From an uncultured Verrucomicrobiae bacterium (lineage in GTDB: Bacteria; Verrucomicrobiota; Verrucomicrobiia; Chthoniobacterales; UBA10450), in the NCBI GenBank assembly GCA_963726745.1, contig CAVSDR010000006.1:640001-704000 (forward strand): DNA of 64,000 nt. The letters run 5' to 3'. The position numbers and the translations under genes were made by a program. The notes below the pieces were generated by a model. The model did not search any database. It was given only the letters and a program-made list of their open reading frames with translations, and was not told the DNA's origin. This document shows, one piece after another, positions 1 through 9,921 of this stretch (within the stretch, counting starts at the first letter, position 1; each line of letters opens with the position of its first letter).

Positions 1-705
1 GACGCGCGCTGCATGGCCTTGATCGCGGAGCTGCAAAAAGAAGGCGCCATCTGGGCGATCAACACCGGCCGCTCGATGGCCTTGCTCGAGTCCGGCCTGG
101 TCGATTTCGACTTCCCGGTGCGGCCGGATTTTATCCTCACGAGCGAGCGCGATGTCTTCCGCCCGGCGCCGAAGGGGCGCGGAAACTGGGAGCCGTTTGG
201 CGATTGGAACCAGCGCGTGGCGCGCGATCACCAGGAGCTCTACACCTCGGCCGCGCCGATCTTTGCCGAGGTGCTCGACTTCGTCCAGCGGCACACGAAC
301 GCCCGCGTGCTCCACGAGACGCATGGGCCCGAGGGATTGATCGCGGAGAGCGAGGAGGAGATGGCGCGAATCCTCGAGTTTGTGGACGAGGTGCGCACGA
401 AGCACGCGAAGTTCCACTACCAGCACAACACGGTTTACCTGCGTTTTTGCCACGCGGATTACCATAAGGGCGCGGCCCTGGCGGAGCTGGCGCGCTTAAT
501 CGAAATCCCGCGCGAAGAAACCTTCGCCGCGGGCGATCACTTCAACGATCTCTCGATGCTCGACGGGCGTTACGCCGCGCTCCCGGCCTGCCCGGGGAAT
601 GCGATCCCGGAAGTGAAGGAAACCGTGCGGGCCGCCGACGGCTATGTGGCCGAGAGCCTCTGCGGTGCAGGCGTGTTTGAGGCGCTGCGCTACTTCGCTG
701 CCTGA
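1..705 (+). CDS. HAD-superfamily hydrolase (Cof/sucrose-phosphatase-like, subfamily IIB), 5' truncated
   Basis: Motifs INTGRS, KGAAL and AAGDHFNDLSML...GNA; the frame is open to position 1 and the N-terminal DxD motif is missing, so the gene starts before the window. Confidence 0.8.
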   Translation, partial: DARCMALIAELQKEGAIWAINTGRSMALLESGLVDFDFPVRPDFILTSERDVFRPAPKGRGNWEPFGDWNQRVARDHQELYTSAAPIFAEVLDFVQRHTNARVLHETHGPEGLIAESEEEMARILEFVDEVRTKHAKFHYQHNTVYLRFCHADYHKGAALAELARLIEIPREETFAAGDHFNDLSMLDGRYAALPACPGNAIPEVKETVRAADGYVAESLCGAGVFEALRYFAA

Positions 706-1208
706 GCCTCGGCGAGCTGCAGCTCGGGCGTTTCCTCGAGGAGCTCGTTCAGCGGCGGCCATTGCACCGAGCTGTCCATGTCGCGGAAAGCGTGGAGATA
801 AATCGCGACCGTCTCCGCCGGATATTTAGCCAGCAACTTGTCGATCGCGGCCTTGAGTTTCTCCTTCGAAGGACACGGACCAAGGTCCTCGACGGTGCCA
901 TCGGGATCGTGCGCGATCTCCAGGGCATCGAGGAAATCGCAAAGCATCTGCTTGTTCGCGCCCAAGAGCCAGGCCTGCACCAGGTGGCTTGCGAGAGTGT
1001 CGCTCAACGGCCGACTCAGCGCCTGCTTCATCCAGGGAAACCGCTCGTTAGGCGGTTTCCGCTCCACGAAAACGCCACGCAGGTTGCGCTGGTTCGCCAG
1101 GCCTTGGATCGCGGCCTTGTAGACCGGCTTCTCCTCCTTTTGCAGGAAGAGAAAAATTTCCGCGGCCACCGCGGGCGACATTTTCTGGAACAGTTCGTGG
1201 GCTCTCAT
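690..1208 (-). CDS. conserved hypothetical protein
   Basis: 172 aa ORF with natural helical protein composition and high-GC codon usage. Confidence 0.7.
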   Translation of the reverse strand: MRAHELFQKMSPAVAAEIFLFLQKEEKPVYKAAIQGLANQRNLRGVFVERKPPNERFPWMKQALSRPLSDTLASHLVQAWLLGANKQMLCDFLDALEIAHDPDGTVEDLGPCPSKEKLKAAIDKLLAKYPAETVAIYLHAFRDMDSSVQWPPLNELLEETPELQLAEAQAAK

Positions 1209-1215
1209 GCAGGGC

Positions 1216-1965
1216 TCATGTTTCGCCCAAGGGATCGGCCGTCGCCAGCGCCAATGGCTGATCGGCGACGATTTTTCCCGCGAAGGTGTTGGTCATGTAA
1301 GTCAGGATCAAAACCCAGAAAGTGAGCGCGAGCGCAAAGAGCGGATACTGCAGCGGGAGCGGGAGCGCGTAGATGATCGCCATCAACGGACCCCAAACCG
1401 CCCAGGTGGCTACAAGCGTGGGGACGATCTTGTCGCGGTAGTGCGTCCAGGTAAGCGCGCGCCGCAGCGAGCGCCAGGAGAAGCCTTCGTTTTTCCACTC
1501 GTAGACCAGCACCTCCGCGGGCGCGGCCAGGAAGGGATTGTAGCCAAACTGGTCGACGCAAACTTTTGCCACCAAGACGGGGAAGGTGACCGCGGTGCCG
1601 AACCAGATCGCGTTATAGCGATACATCAGGTCGACCAGGATGCCGTCAACCGCCCAAGTGGGAATGGTGAAGGCGAGGTTGCGCAGATTTTGCCGGCTCA
1701 TTTTTCCCCGTTGGAAAAAGCCGATGACGAAAAGTTCCGGCAGGAGTGCGCCGGCGATCACGGCCGAGCCGACGACGAAAACCAGCCCGTGCGCCTCGCG
1801 ATAGGCAGCAAGATGTTCGAGCGCGCGATGGACCGGCGGCGCAAAATAGTAGCCCACCAAGAGCGCGAGCATGAACGCCTGGAGGATGAAGCCGGGAAGC
1901 GCGTTCGCCTTGGCCGCTTCCCAACCAAGGGCGAACGGATGCGGGCGGCGGGCGCGGGCGGACAT
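1216..1965 (-). CDS. membrane protein, Mpv17/PMP22-like
   Basis: Several TM segments; KVCVDQFGYNPF...PTLVATWAVWGPLMAIIYALPLPLQ resembles the Mpv17/PMP22 signature; ATG at 1965. Confidence 0.6.
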   Translation of the reverse strand: MSARARRPHPFALGWEAAKANALPGFILQAFMLALLVGYYFAPPVHRALEHLAAYREAHGLVFVVGSAVIAGALLPELFVIGFFQRGKMSRQNLRNLAFTIPTWAVDGILVDLMYRYNAIWFGTAVTFPVLVAKVCVDQFGYNPFLAAPAEVLVYEWKNEGFSWRSLRRALTWTHYRDKIVPTLVATWAVWGPLMAIIYALPLPLQYPLFALALTFWVLILTYMTNTFAGKIVADQPLALATADPLGET

Positions 1966-2053
1966 GCGGCCAAAGCTGTCGCCGGCGCGGCGCGCGGCAA
2001 GTGCTTTCCGGCGCGCGGTTGGACGCGCGGGCTGCGCGCCCTTACTTTGCCGC

Positions 2054-3142
2054 GTGCAACCCGCGGCCAAACCTTCGATTTACTCCTGCTCGCTGGAGGA
2101 ATTGCGCGCGCACCTGGCGGAGCACGGGCAGCCGGCCTACCGCGCGAAACAGATCACCGATTGGCTCTACAAAAAACGCGTCGCGTCCTACGACGCGATG
2201 ACCGATCTGCCGCAGGCGTTGCGCACTTACCTCGCAGAGCACTTTGAGCTGCGTCCACTCGAACTGGTGCGCCTTCTCGGTTCCAAGGATACGACGCAGA
2301 AATTTCTTTTTCGGCTGCGCGACGAAAACCTGATCGAGGCGGTCCTGATTCCCGCGTCGCCCGCGCTCTACGGGCAAACCTCGGATCGCCGGACGATCTG
2401 CGTTTCCAGCCAGGTCGGCTGCGCTTACGGCTGCAAGTTTTGCGCGAGCGGACTCGATGGCTGGACGCGGAACCTCGATGCGGGCGAGATCGTGCAGCAG
2501 TTGCTCGCGGTCGAGGCCGAGAGCGGTGAGCGGATCGACAACGTCGTCTTCATGGGGATGGGCGAGCCGCTGGCTAATATGCAGAATCTTCTGCGCGCGA
2601 TCGCGATCATCAATCAGCCCTGGGGCATGGAGATTGGCGCGCGCCACATCACCGTCTCGACCAGCGGGCTGGCGCCGCAGATTCGGCAATTGGCTAACGA
2701 GACCACGCAGTTCCGCCTGGCGCTTTCGCTCCATGGCGCGACCGATGAAGTCCGCAGCCAGATCATGCCGGTGAACCGGAAGTATCCGCTCGAAGTGCTG
2801 CTCGAGGCTTGCGACGAATATGTCGCGAAGAAGCGGCGGATGCTCTTCGAATACATTCTGATCAACGACATCAACGACACCGAGGAACAGGCGCACGCGC
2901 TCGCGAAAATCGCGCGGAGGTTGTCGGCTAAAATCAATCTCATCCCCTACAATACGGTCGAGGGACTGGAGTGGACCCGGCCGCCACGCGCGCGGCAGGA
3001 GCGCTTCGCCGCGATCCTGCGCGAGCAGGGCGTGGTCGCGACGCTGCGCCGCGAGAAAGGGCACGACATTGCCGCAGCCTGCGGCCAACTGCGCCTGCAA
3101 ACCAAGCGCCGCGAAACGGAGACACGCGCAGCCGCAAGCTAG
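2054..3142 (+). CDS. rlmN: 23S rRNA (A2503-C2)/tRNA methyltransferase RlmN
   Basis: Radical SAM motif CVSSQVGCAYGCKFC, MGMGEPL, STSG, DIAAACGQL; probable GTG start at 2054. Confidence 0.95.
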   Translation: MQPAAKPSIYSCSLEELRAHLAEHGQPAYRAKQITDWLYKKRVASYDAMTDLPQALRTYLAEHFELRPLELVRLLGSKDTTQKFLFRLRDENLIEAVLIPASPALYGQTSDRRTICVSSQVGCAYGCKFCASGLDGWTRNLDAGEIVQQLLAVEAESGERIDNVVFMGMGEPLANMQNLLRAIAIINQPWGMEIGARHITVSTSGLAPQIRQLANETTQFRLALSLHGATDEVRSQIMPVNRKYPLEVLLEACDEYVAKKRRMLFEYILINDINDTEEQAHALAKIARRLSAKINLIPYNTVEGLEWTRPPRARQERFAAILREQGVVATLRREKGHDIAAACGQLRLQTKRRETETRAAAS

Positions 3143-3186
3143 GGAAAACTTTTGCGCGGGTTCGCAAGGTGCTCTAGAAAGAAATC

Positions 3187-3867
3187 ATGTCCGGCTACGA
3201 TCCAGAGCCCGATCGCGCTTGGGACGAGTACGATTGGGAGCGCTTTCTCCAGAAGCAGGATGAGAAAACGGAGAAGTACATGGAGCTGCTCGAGAAGTAT
3301 CTCGACCATCCGCAGCGCGACCAAATCATTGCCCGCGAGATGGGTTGGTCGAAGCTCTTGAACACGGGTGAAGAGTGGAACGATGAGGAGGCCGAGCTCC
3401 TCCCGCAGATCGACGACGAAGACGAGGAGATCGAGGAAGTGGACGCGCCCACTGCGATCGAGCAGATCATGGCCGGGAATGAGAGCTTCGAGGACCACAG
3501 TCTCTACCGCGCGGCTTTCGCCCTGACCGTCTGGATCGACCAGCTCTTCGATGAAACGCCCACGCTGCAAAGCGAGCCGGCGGCGGTGAAGCTGGCCACG
3601 CACGCGGCGCTCGCGAGCGCGAAATTAGCCGCCGCCTTGAGCGACGACGACGTGGACGAAATCGGAATGACGATCGCCTATTTGAAGCGCGCGCTGAAGG
3701 CGATCACGAACTCGATGGAAGCGGCCGGGCAATTGTTAGGCGAGCGCCTGATTTCCCCGCGGCAGCATGCGGTCGTCTTGCAGCGCCTCTTCCAGGTGCG
3801 CGACGGCATCATTACCCTGATGGGTGAGTACCGCGGCGAATGGCTCCGGCGCTTCGGCAGCCTTTGA
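3187..3867 (+). CDS. hypothetical protein, acidic N-terminus plus putative four-helix bundle
   Basis: 226 aa ORF with good codon usage; amphipathic helical C-terminal half. Confidence 0.7.
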   Translation: MSGYDPEPDRAWDEYDWERFLQKQDEKTEKYMELLEKYLDHPQRDQIIAREMGWSKLLNTGEEWNDEEAELLPQIDDEDEEIEEVDAPTAIEQIMAGNESFEDHSLYRAAFALTVWIDQLFDETPTLQSEPAAVKLATHAALASAKLAAALSDDDVDEIGMTIAYLKRALKAITNSMEAAGQLLGERLISPRQHAVVLQRLFQVRDGIITLMGEYRGEWLRRFGSL

Positions 3868-3916
3868 GTCGCGACGTGCCCGCGGTTGAATGAAATAGCG
3901 GGAATTCCGTCCATCT

Positions 3917-4528
3917 ATGCATACGGAAACGACCACGGCCCCGGCCGAAGTCTCAGATCACGATTTGGTGGCTCGCTGCCAGGAAGGTGACACGGAGGCC
4001 TTCGATCAGCTCGTGGGGCGTTACCGCACCCGAGTTTTTGGCATGATTTACAACATGGTGCATAGCGAACAGGACGCCTGGGATCTGGCCCAGGATAGTT
4101 TCCTGAAGGCGTGGAAATCCATTGGCCGCTTCCGCGGGCAATCGAGCTTCTACACCTGGATCTATCGCATCGTGATGAATGTGACCATCGACTGGCTGCG
4201 CAAAAAGCAGGTCAAGGGTACTGGCGCGGAGTTTGACGACGCGATCCAGCTTAAGGAAGTGGACCCGGCTTCGCGCACCCTGCCGAAGGCCGATGCGCTC
4301 CCGCACCAGCGGATGATGCACGGGGAAATCCGCCAGCGGATCGATGCCGCGATCGCCCAGCTCACGCCGGAACATCGCGCGGTCATTTTGATGAAGGAGA
4401 TCGAGGACATGCAATACCACGAGATTGCGGAAAGCCTCGGCTGCTCCATCGGCACGGTGATGTCGCGCCTGTTTTATGCGCGCAAGAAATTGCAGAATTT
4501 GTTGAGGGATCTTTATGAAAACGTTTGA
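3917..4528 (+). CDS. ECF RNA polymerase sigma factor (RpoE-like)
   Basis: DAWDLAQDSFLKAW, FYTWIYRIVMN, YHEIAESLGCSIGTVMSRLFYARKKL. Confidence 0.95.
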   Translation: MHTETTTAPAEVSDHDLVARCQEGDTEAFDQLVGRYRTRVFGMIYNMVHSEQDAWDLAQDSFLKAWKSIGRFRGQSSFYTWIYRIVMNVTIDWLRKKQVKGTGAEFDDAIQLKEVDPASRTLPKADALPHQRMMHGEIRQRIDAAIAQLTPEHRAVILMKEIEDMQYHEIAESLGCSIGTVMSRLFYARKKLQNLLRDLYENV

Positions 4529-5039
4529 GGAAAAGTGGACTGCCTGGCTCGACGGCGAGCTCAGCGGGAAAGAGCTGGCAGAGTTTGAGGCCTCGCTCCC
4601 GGACCCGCATGCTGCTGCGCAGGAGAAGCGCGAGGCACAGCAGCTCGGCCGGTTTCTCAAGGAACAGCTCAGCCTGCAGACGATGGCGAACGCGGACTTT
4701 TTCCAGCATCAGCTGCGGGAAGAGATTGCGCGCGAGCGTGCGCTCGCGACGCCGGCCCGCCCCGCGGCGCCGGTGGCAGCGGGTTGGTGGAGCATCGGCC
4801 GGCTGCTCTGGATGGGTGCGTCTGCGATGGCGGTGTTTGCGCTCTGCACGTTCTTCATTCTCCGCGACCAGCCAAATGCTGGCCGTTCGAGTTATCTCAC
4901 GCAGATCCAGAATGCGCGCATCGATCCCGTGACCAGCCCGGATGCGACCGTGTCGGTCTTCGAGACGAAGGAAGACCGCGTCACCGTGATCTGGATGAGC
5001 GGCCTGGAAATGTTGCCCTCGGAATACGCCGCGAAGTAA
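4515..5039 (+). CDS. putative anti-sigma factor (single TM)
   Basis: Overlaps the sigma gene; N-terminal AWLDGELS motif and one TM helix. Confidence 0.75.
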   Translation: MKTFEEKWTAWLDGELSGKELAEFEASLPDPHAAAQEKREAQQLGRFLKEQLSLQTMANADFFQHQLREEIARERALATPARPAAPVAAGWWSIGRLLWMGASAMAVFALCTFFILRDQPNAGRSSYLTQIQNARIDPVTSPDATVSVFETKEDRVTVIWMSGLEMLPSEYAAK

Positions 5040-5476
5040 TGCGCGCGCTCGCCCCTCTCGTCCTTTGCTTTGCGCTCCTGGTGTCTGCCAGCGGCGCGCA
5101 GGCTGGCGAGAGCGTCTGGAGCGGAATCGTGATCGCGCAAAATGTGGCCAACCCGGCGCCGATGCCGCCGGAGTTGAAACCCTTTGAGGGCACGCTCAAG
5201 GCGATCTTTGGCTACAACCAATTCCAAGTCATCGGGCAGGAGCGCCGCCGGCTGAAGACCGGCGAGGAAGAATGGCTCGCGCGGAGTAAATATTTCTCGC
5301 TGCAGGTGAAATCACAGGCCGCGGAAAAGGCCGGCTATGCGCTCAACCTCAAGCTTTACCAGGAAAGCAAAGTCCTGCTGGAGACCGAGGCGCGTTTGAC
5401 CGAGAGCAGCCCGCTGGTGATTCGCGGGCCGCAGATCGGCGACGGCCAGCTGGTGGTTTTGCTCGTCCTCGAGTAA
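5039..5476 (+). CDS. secreted hypothetical protein
   Basis: ATG overlaps the upstream TAA (taatg); signal peptide MRALAPLVLCFALLVSASGAQA. Confidence 0.7.
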   Translation: MRALAPLVLCFALLVSASGAQAGESVWSGIVIAQNVANPAPMPPELKPFEGTLKAIFGYNQFQVIGQERRRLKTGEEEWLARSKYFSLQVKSQAAEKAGYALNLKLYQESKVLLETEARLTESSPLVIRGPQIGDGQLVVLLVLE

Positions 5477-5695
5477 CCCCGGCGCAACTCTGCGCGCGGC
5501 GCGAAATTTTTGCTCCCGCGGGAGAATTCGCATTGACGGCCCGGAACGGAAGCGGCATGAAGCCTGCTCAAGTTTAACCGTCTCTCCATCAATGCTGACT
5601 ATCGGTTCCTTTGCCATCGCCCTCTCCGCCGTCCTTGGCTGCGTCTGGTGGGCTTGCGCGAAAGACCGCGGCCAGATGTGAGCGCCAGTTAAACT

Positions 5696-6472
5696 ATGCT
5701 CTCTCAAGAGGACCTGAAATGGATTGCCGCCACGTCGACGGAGTTGAACTCGATGTTGCAACAGATCTCGCGCTACGCGGACCTGGCTCGCACCCAGCGC
5801 CCTGAGGGCAATTATCTCGAGATGATGGGCGATCGAGTCGATCGCGCCACTCGCACCACCCAGGCCCTGTTCGACCGCGTCACCTCCGCCATCCTCGAAA
5901 GTAAAGTCGCCCGCCCAGCGACGGATGGGAAAAGCTTCCCGCCGTTCTCGGTGCTCCCGGCGCCGAGCAGCTCCGCGAGCCTCCCAGTGCGCGCGCCGAG
6001 CACCCCTCCTGCGCCGGTCGCGTCCCGTCCGCCCGCGCGGCCGGTCCACACGCCGCCTACGCCGGCGCTTCCCATCCGGAATGCGACGGGCGCGCGCGAA
6101 CTGCTGCTCTTGATCGATGACGATGCCGACATGGCCGAGGTGGCCACGCAGGTCCTGACCGCCGAAGGCTACAAGGTAATCGTCGCGCGCGACGGAGTGG
6201 AGGCGCTGGAAATCTACCGGCACGCTGGCGGCGACATCCGGCTGGTCATTCTCGATTTCTTCCTTCCCGTGCTCGATGGCGACGCCGTCTTCGACGAACT
6301 GCAAACGCTCAACCCGAACATCGCCGTCGTCTTGAGCAGCGGCTTTGCCGAGCAGACGAAGCTCAGCGCCATGCTCGCGCGCGGCTTGCGCGGCTTCATC
6401 CCAAAGCCCTACACGCGCGCGAAATTGCTCGAGCAGGTCCGCTCGATTCTCGACGCCAGCCGCGCGGCCTAA
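5696..6472 (+). CDS. response regulator receiver protein with N-terminal HisKA-like helix and Pro-rich linker
   Basis: C-terminal REC domain: LLLIDDD, LVILDFFLP, SSG, FIPKPY. Confidence 0.85.
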   Translation: MLSQEDLKWIAATSTELNSMLQQISRYADLARTQRPEGNYLEMMGDRVDRATRTTQALFDRVTSAILESKVARPATDGKSFPPFSVLPAPSSSASLPVRAPSTPPAPVASRPPARPVHTPPTPALPIRNATGARELLLLIDDDADMAEVATQVLTAEGYKVIVARDGVEALEIYRHAGGDIRLVILDFFLPVLDGDAVFDELQTLNPNIAVVLSSGFAEQTKLSAMLARGLRGFIPKPYTRAKLLEQVRSILDASRAA

Positions 6473-6606
6473 CGAGCGCAAGAACGCGCGCGCTTCGGGT
6501 TTCCGCGGAATTGCCTAACGAGACATCTCGTCGGCTATTTTTTTTCGCCGCCGCTTGATTGCTTCCGCTCGCTGGCACCGATTTAGCTTCTGCAGGGAGC
6601 ACGGCC

Positions 6607-7686
6607 ATGGCGCGCATTGACTCCTTCTTCAAATTGATGTCCGAGCAAAAAGCCTCGGATCTTCACCTCTCGACCAACAACCCGCCGATGCTGCGGATCA
6701 ACGGCGACCTCGTGCGGGTCGACTATCCGCCGCTGCAAAACGACGACCTCAAGGCGATGGTCTACGAGATCGCGCCCGAGGGGAAAATCAAAACCTTCGA
6801 GGAGCAATCCGACGTCGACTTCGGCTACGAAGTCCCCGGTGTCGCCCGTTACCGCGCAAATTTCTTCCAACAGAAATACGGCATCTCCGCGGTCTTTCGT
6901 TTGATTCCCTCGACCGTGCTCACGGTGGAGCAGCTCAACCTGCCGCCGGTGCTGAAGAAATTTCCGCTGCTCAAGAAAGGCCTCGTGCTCGTTACCGGCC
7001 CGACCGGTTCCGGCAAGTCGACCACGCTCGCGGCGATGATGGATTACGCGAACATGCAGCGCAACGACCACATCATCACGGTCGAGGACCCGATCGAGTT
7101 TGTGCACCGGAGCCAGAACTGCCTGGTGCAGCATCGCGAAGTGGGCGTGCATACGCGTTCCTTTTCCGCCGCTCTGCGCGGCGCGCTCCGCGAGGATCCG
7201 GATATTCTTCTCGTGGGCGAAATGCGCGATCTGGAGACGATCGAGCTCGCGCTGACCGCAGCCGCCACGGGTCACCTTGTGTTCGGCACGCTCCACACTT
7301 CGAGCGCGGCCAAAGCGGTCGACCGCATCATCGACGTCTTTCCCACGAGCCAGCAAAACCAGATCCGCGCGACCCTCGCGGAATCGCTCAAGGGCGTGAT
7401 CGCGCAAAACCTTTTCAAGCGCATCGACAAGCCCGGCCGCGTGGCCGCGCTGGAGATTTTAGTCGTCGACATGGCGATCGCGAACCTCGTGCGCGAAGCC
7501 AAGACGCACCAAATCCCCGGCATGATCCAGGTCGGCAAGAAGAAGGGCAACCAGCCGCTGGACGACGCAATCATGGAGCACCTGCGCCACCAGCGCGTCT
7601 CCGCGGAGGAAGCCTACGAGAAGTGCATCGACCGGAAAAAATTCCGCCCTTTCCTGAAAGAGCCGCCCATGGACGGGGAGGAATAA
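6607..7686 (+). CDS. pilT: type IV pilus retraction ATPase PilT
   Basis: ASDLHL, GPTGSGKSTT, EDPIEFVH, ALREDPDILLVGEMRD, GTLHT; ATG at 6607. Confidence 0.93.
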   Translation: MARIDSFFKLMSEQKASDLHLSTNNPPMLRINGDLVRVDYPPLQNDDLKAMVYEIAPEGKIKTFEEQSDVDFGYEVPGVARYRANFFQQKYGISAVFRLIPSTVLTVEQLNLPPVLKKFPLLKKGLVLVTGPTGSGKSTTLAAMMDYANMQRNDHIITVEDPIEFVHRSQNCLVQHREVGVHTRSFSAALRGALREDPDILLVGEMRDLETIELALTAAATGHLVFGTLHTSSAAKAVDRIIDVFPTSQQNQIRATLAESLKGVIAQNLFKRIDKPGRVAALEILVVDMAIANLVREAKTHQIPGMIQVGKKKGNQPLDDAIMEHLRHQRVSAEEAYEKCIDRKKFRPFLKEPPMDGEE

Positions 7687-7699
7687 GCGGAGCACGACC

Positions 7700-8868
7700 A
7701 TGAGAATCCCAGAATTAAACAACATTCTCCTGGCGATGCTGCAGACCTATGACGGCATCTCCGACCTCAATTTTTCCGTGGGCCACCCGTTGCAGGTGGA
7801 AGATTTCGGCGAGCTGAAACCGGTCTACATCGACCCGCCGATCGAGGCGCTCACGCCCTACCAGACGGAGCAGATCGCGCTCACCCTGATGCAGGGAAAT
7901 CGCCGGCTGATGTACGATTACCTCACCGGCGGCTCCTGCGACAGCAGCTACTCGTTAGGCGACGACGCCCGCTTCCGCGTGAATATTTTCCGCCAGCAGG
8001 GCCATTTTTCGATCGTCCTGCGGAAGCTCGAGGGCTCCGTGCCTTCGATCGAAGTCCTGGGCCTTTCCAGCATCTTTAAGGAAATCGCGCGCGAAAAAAC
8101 GGGGCTGGTCCTGGTCACCGGCGCCACTGGCAGCGGGAAGACGACCACGCTGGCGGCAATTCTTAACGAGATCAACCAGACCCAGCCGGTGCACGTGATC
8201 ACGCTGGAAGACCCGATCGAATACGTCCACCCGAAGCTCAAGGCGACCTTCAACCAGCGCGAACTGGGACACGATTTCAACAACTACCCAAATGGTCTCC
8301 GTGCTGCCCTGCGCCAGGCGCCCAAGGTCATCCTCGTGGGCGAAATGCGCGACCGCGCGACCGTGGAAGTGGCGCTCATGGCCGCGGAAACCGGTCACCT
8401 CGTCCTCAGCACCCTGCACACGGTCGATGCCGGGCAATCGATCAACCGTATCCTCGGCCTCTTCTCGTTAGGCGAGGAGCAACAGCTCCGCATCCGTCTT
8501 TCCGATAGCCTGCGCTACATCGTCAGCCAGCGCCTGGCGCCGAAGATCGGCGGCGGCCGGCAATTGCTCACCGAGGTCATGGGGCACAACCTCCGGACCA
8601 AGGAAGCGATCGCCCTCGGCGAAGGCGAGCACCGGAGCTTTTACGAGATCATCGAGAGCAGCTCGACCTACGGATGGATGACGTTCGACCAGTGCATCCT
8701 TCGCGCTTACGAAGAACGACTCACATCACCGAGGAGACCGCGCGCCTCTTTGCTTCCCGCAAGGGCCGCATCTCCCGCGGGATCGACTTGGTGCAGAAAG
8801 CCCGCGGGGTCGATAACGACCTCGATTCCGGCCTGCGCCTCGACGTGCCGGTCAACGCCTTCCGCTAA
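7700..8868 (+). CDS. PilT/PilU family ATPase (frameshift near 8720)
   Basis: GATGSGKTT, EDPIE, ALRQAPKVILVGEMRD, STLHT; the natural C-terminus (HITEETARLFASRK...) continues in ORF 8674..8868. Confidence 0.88.
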
Positions 8869-8877
8869 TCCACTCCC

Positions 8878-9342
8878 ATGGCTAACGAATCCGAATCTTT
8901 CTTCGACGCCGGCGATAACACCGCGCTCGTCTGCGTGGATCATCAGCAATACCAGAAGCTGGTCGTGCCGCAGCTGATCGACATCAACTACAAGGTCCAC
9001 CTCGGACTCTTCGAGGAAGACGTCCTCGTGAAGCTGCAGACCTACCACTACAACGTGGTCGTCGTTTACGAGAACTTCAAAGGCTCCACCCTGCCGACCA
9101 ATCCCATCCTGCAGCACATGGTGAAACGCTCCGGCTCGCAGCGGCGCCAGCACTTCGTGGTGCTCCTGAGCCATCGCTTCCCGACGAACGACGCCATGAG
9201 CGCCTTCGTGCAAAGCGTCGACCAGATCATCAACATCGGCGACCTTGCGCAGTTCAAGCCCGTCCTGCGCCGCGGCGTGGCTCAATACCGCGAGCTTTAC
9301 CAGCCCTTCCAGGAGACGCTCAAGGCCGTGCAGACGCTCTAG
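8878..9342 (+). CDS. hypothetical protein, degenerate receiver-like fold, PilT-associated
   Basis: 154 aa ORF directly after the ATPases; alternating beta/alpha pattern (ALVCVD...RRQHFVVLLS...SVDQIIN). Confidence 0.75.
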   Translation: MANESESFFDAGDNTALVCVDHQQYQKLVVPQLIDINYKVHLGLFEEDVLVKLQTYHYNVVVVYENFKGSTLPTNPILQHMVKRSGSQRRQHFVVLLSHRFPTNDAMSAFVQSVDQIINIGDLAQFKPVLRRGVAQYRELYQPFQETLKAVQTL

Positions 9343-9385
9343 GCCGGGCTTCGCCGCTTGACGCCGCCAGTCATCGCGCCGGAAA

Positions 9386-9712
9386 TTGCCGACGCCATGT
9401 CTCTCCGTTTTCCCCTTTCCCACTGTGAGCGCTGAACCTCCCGCGCCCGAGAAAAAGGCCGCGAGACCGGCCAGCGGCCAGCCCATTCCGCTGCGGCCTG
9501 GCCGCAGCCAGAAAGGACGCTCGAAACTTAACCAACCTGCCGAGCCGCCCCCGCCGCCGCCCGCGGCGACCGAACAGCCCGCACCCGCCAAGCCCGCGCC
9601 CTTTGAGGACGAGCCACTCATCCGCCGCATGCGCCTGAAGCGCTCCGGCCAGATAACGCAGGAATTGATCACGCCGCCCGAGCCCGACGACAAAAAAGAA
9701 GAAGAATATTAG
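9386..9712 (+). CDS. Pro-rich hypothetical protein
   Basis: Low-complexity ORF filling the gap before the tRNA; start uncertain. Confidence 0.4.
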   Translation: MPTPCLSVFPFPTVSAEPPAPEKKAARPASGQPIPLRPGRSQKGRSKLNQPAEPPPPPPAATEQPAPAKPAPFEDEPLIRRMRLKRSGQITQELITPPEPDDKKEEEY

Positions 9713-9760
9713 CCGGCAACTTCAGCGCTGAAGCCGGCGCCGCCGCCGTGAAAACGAAGG

Positions 9761-9836
<76 letters not shown>

Positions 9837-9921
9837 GTCGTGTGCCTGCCGCCGCGAGCGCGGAGCAGTCGAGCACTATGCAAGAATCCGTGCAGGCGGC
9901 AAGCGCCCAAATCGCTGGCTG

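Noticed and set aside
3885..3917. Autoregulatory ECF promoter upstream of the sigma gene (GAAAT...CATCTA)
   Set aside because: The putative -10 element overlaps the start codon, so support is too weak
6467..6522. Two GCCTAACGAG copies 46 nt apart, considered as a mini-CRISPR or operator pair
   Set aside because: The repeat is only 10 nt, there are no cas genes, and the same motif is dispersed throughout the window
7700..8977. Extended C-terminus of the second ATPase overlapping the next gene
   Set aside because: The tail after about 8720 is out-of-frame sequence; the natural C-terminus ends at 8868
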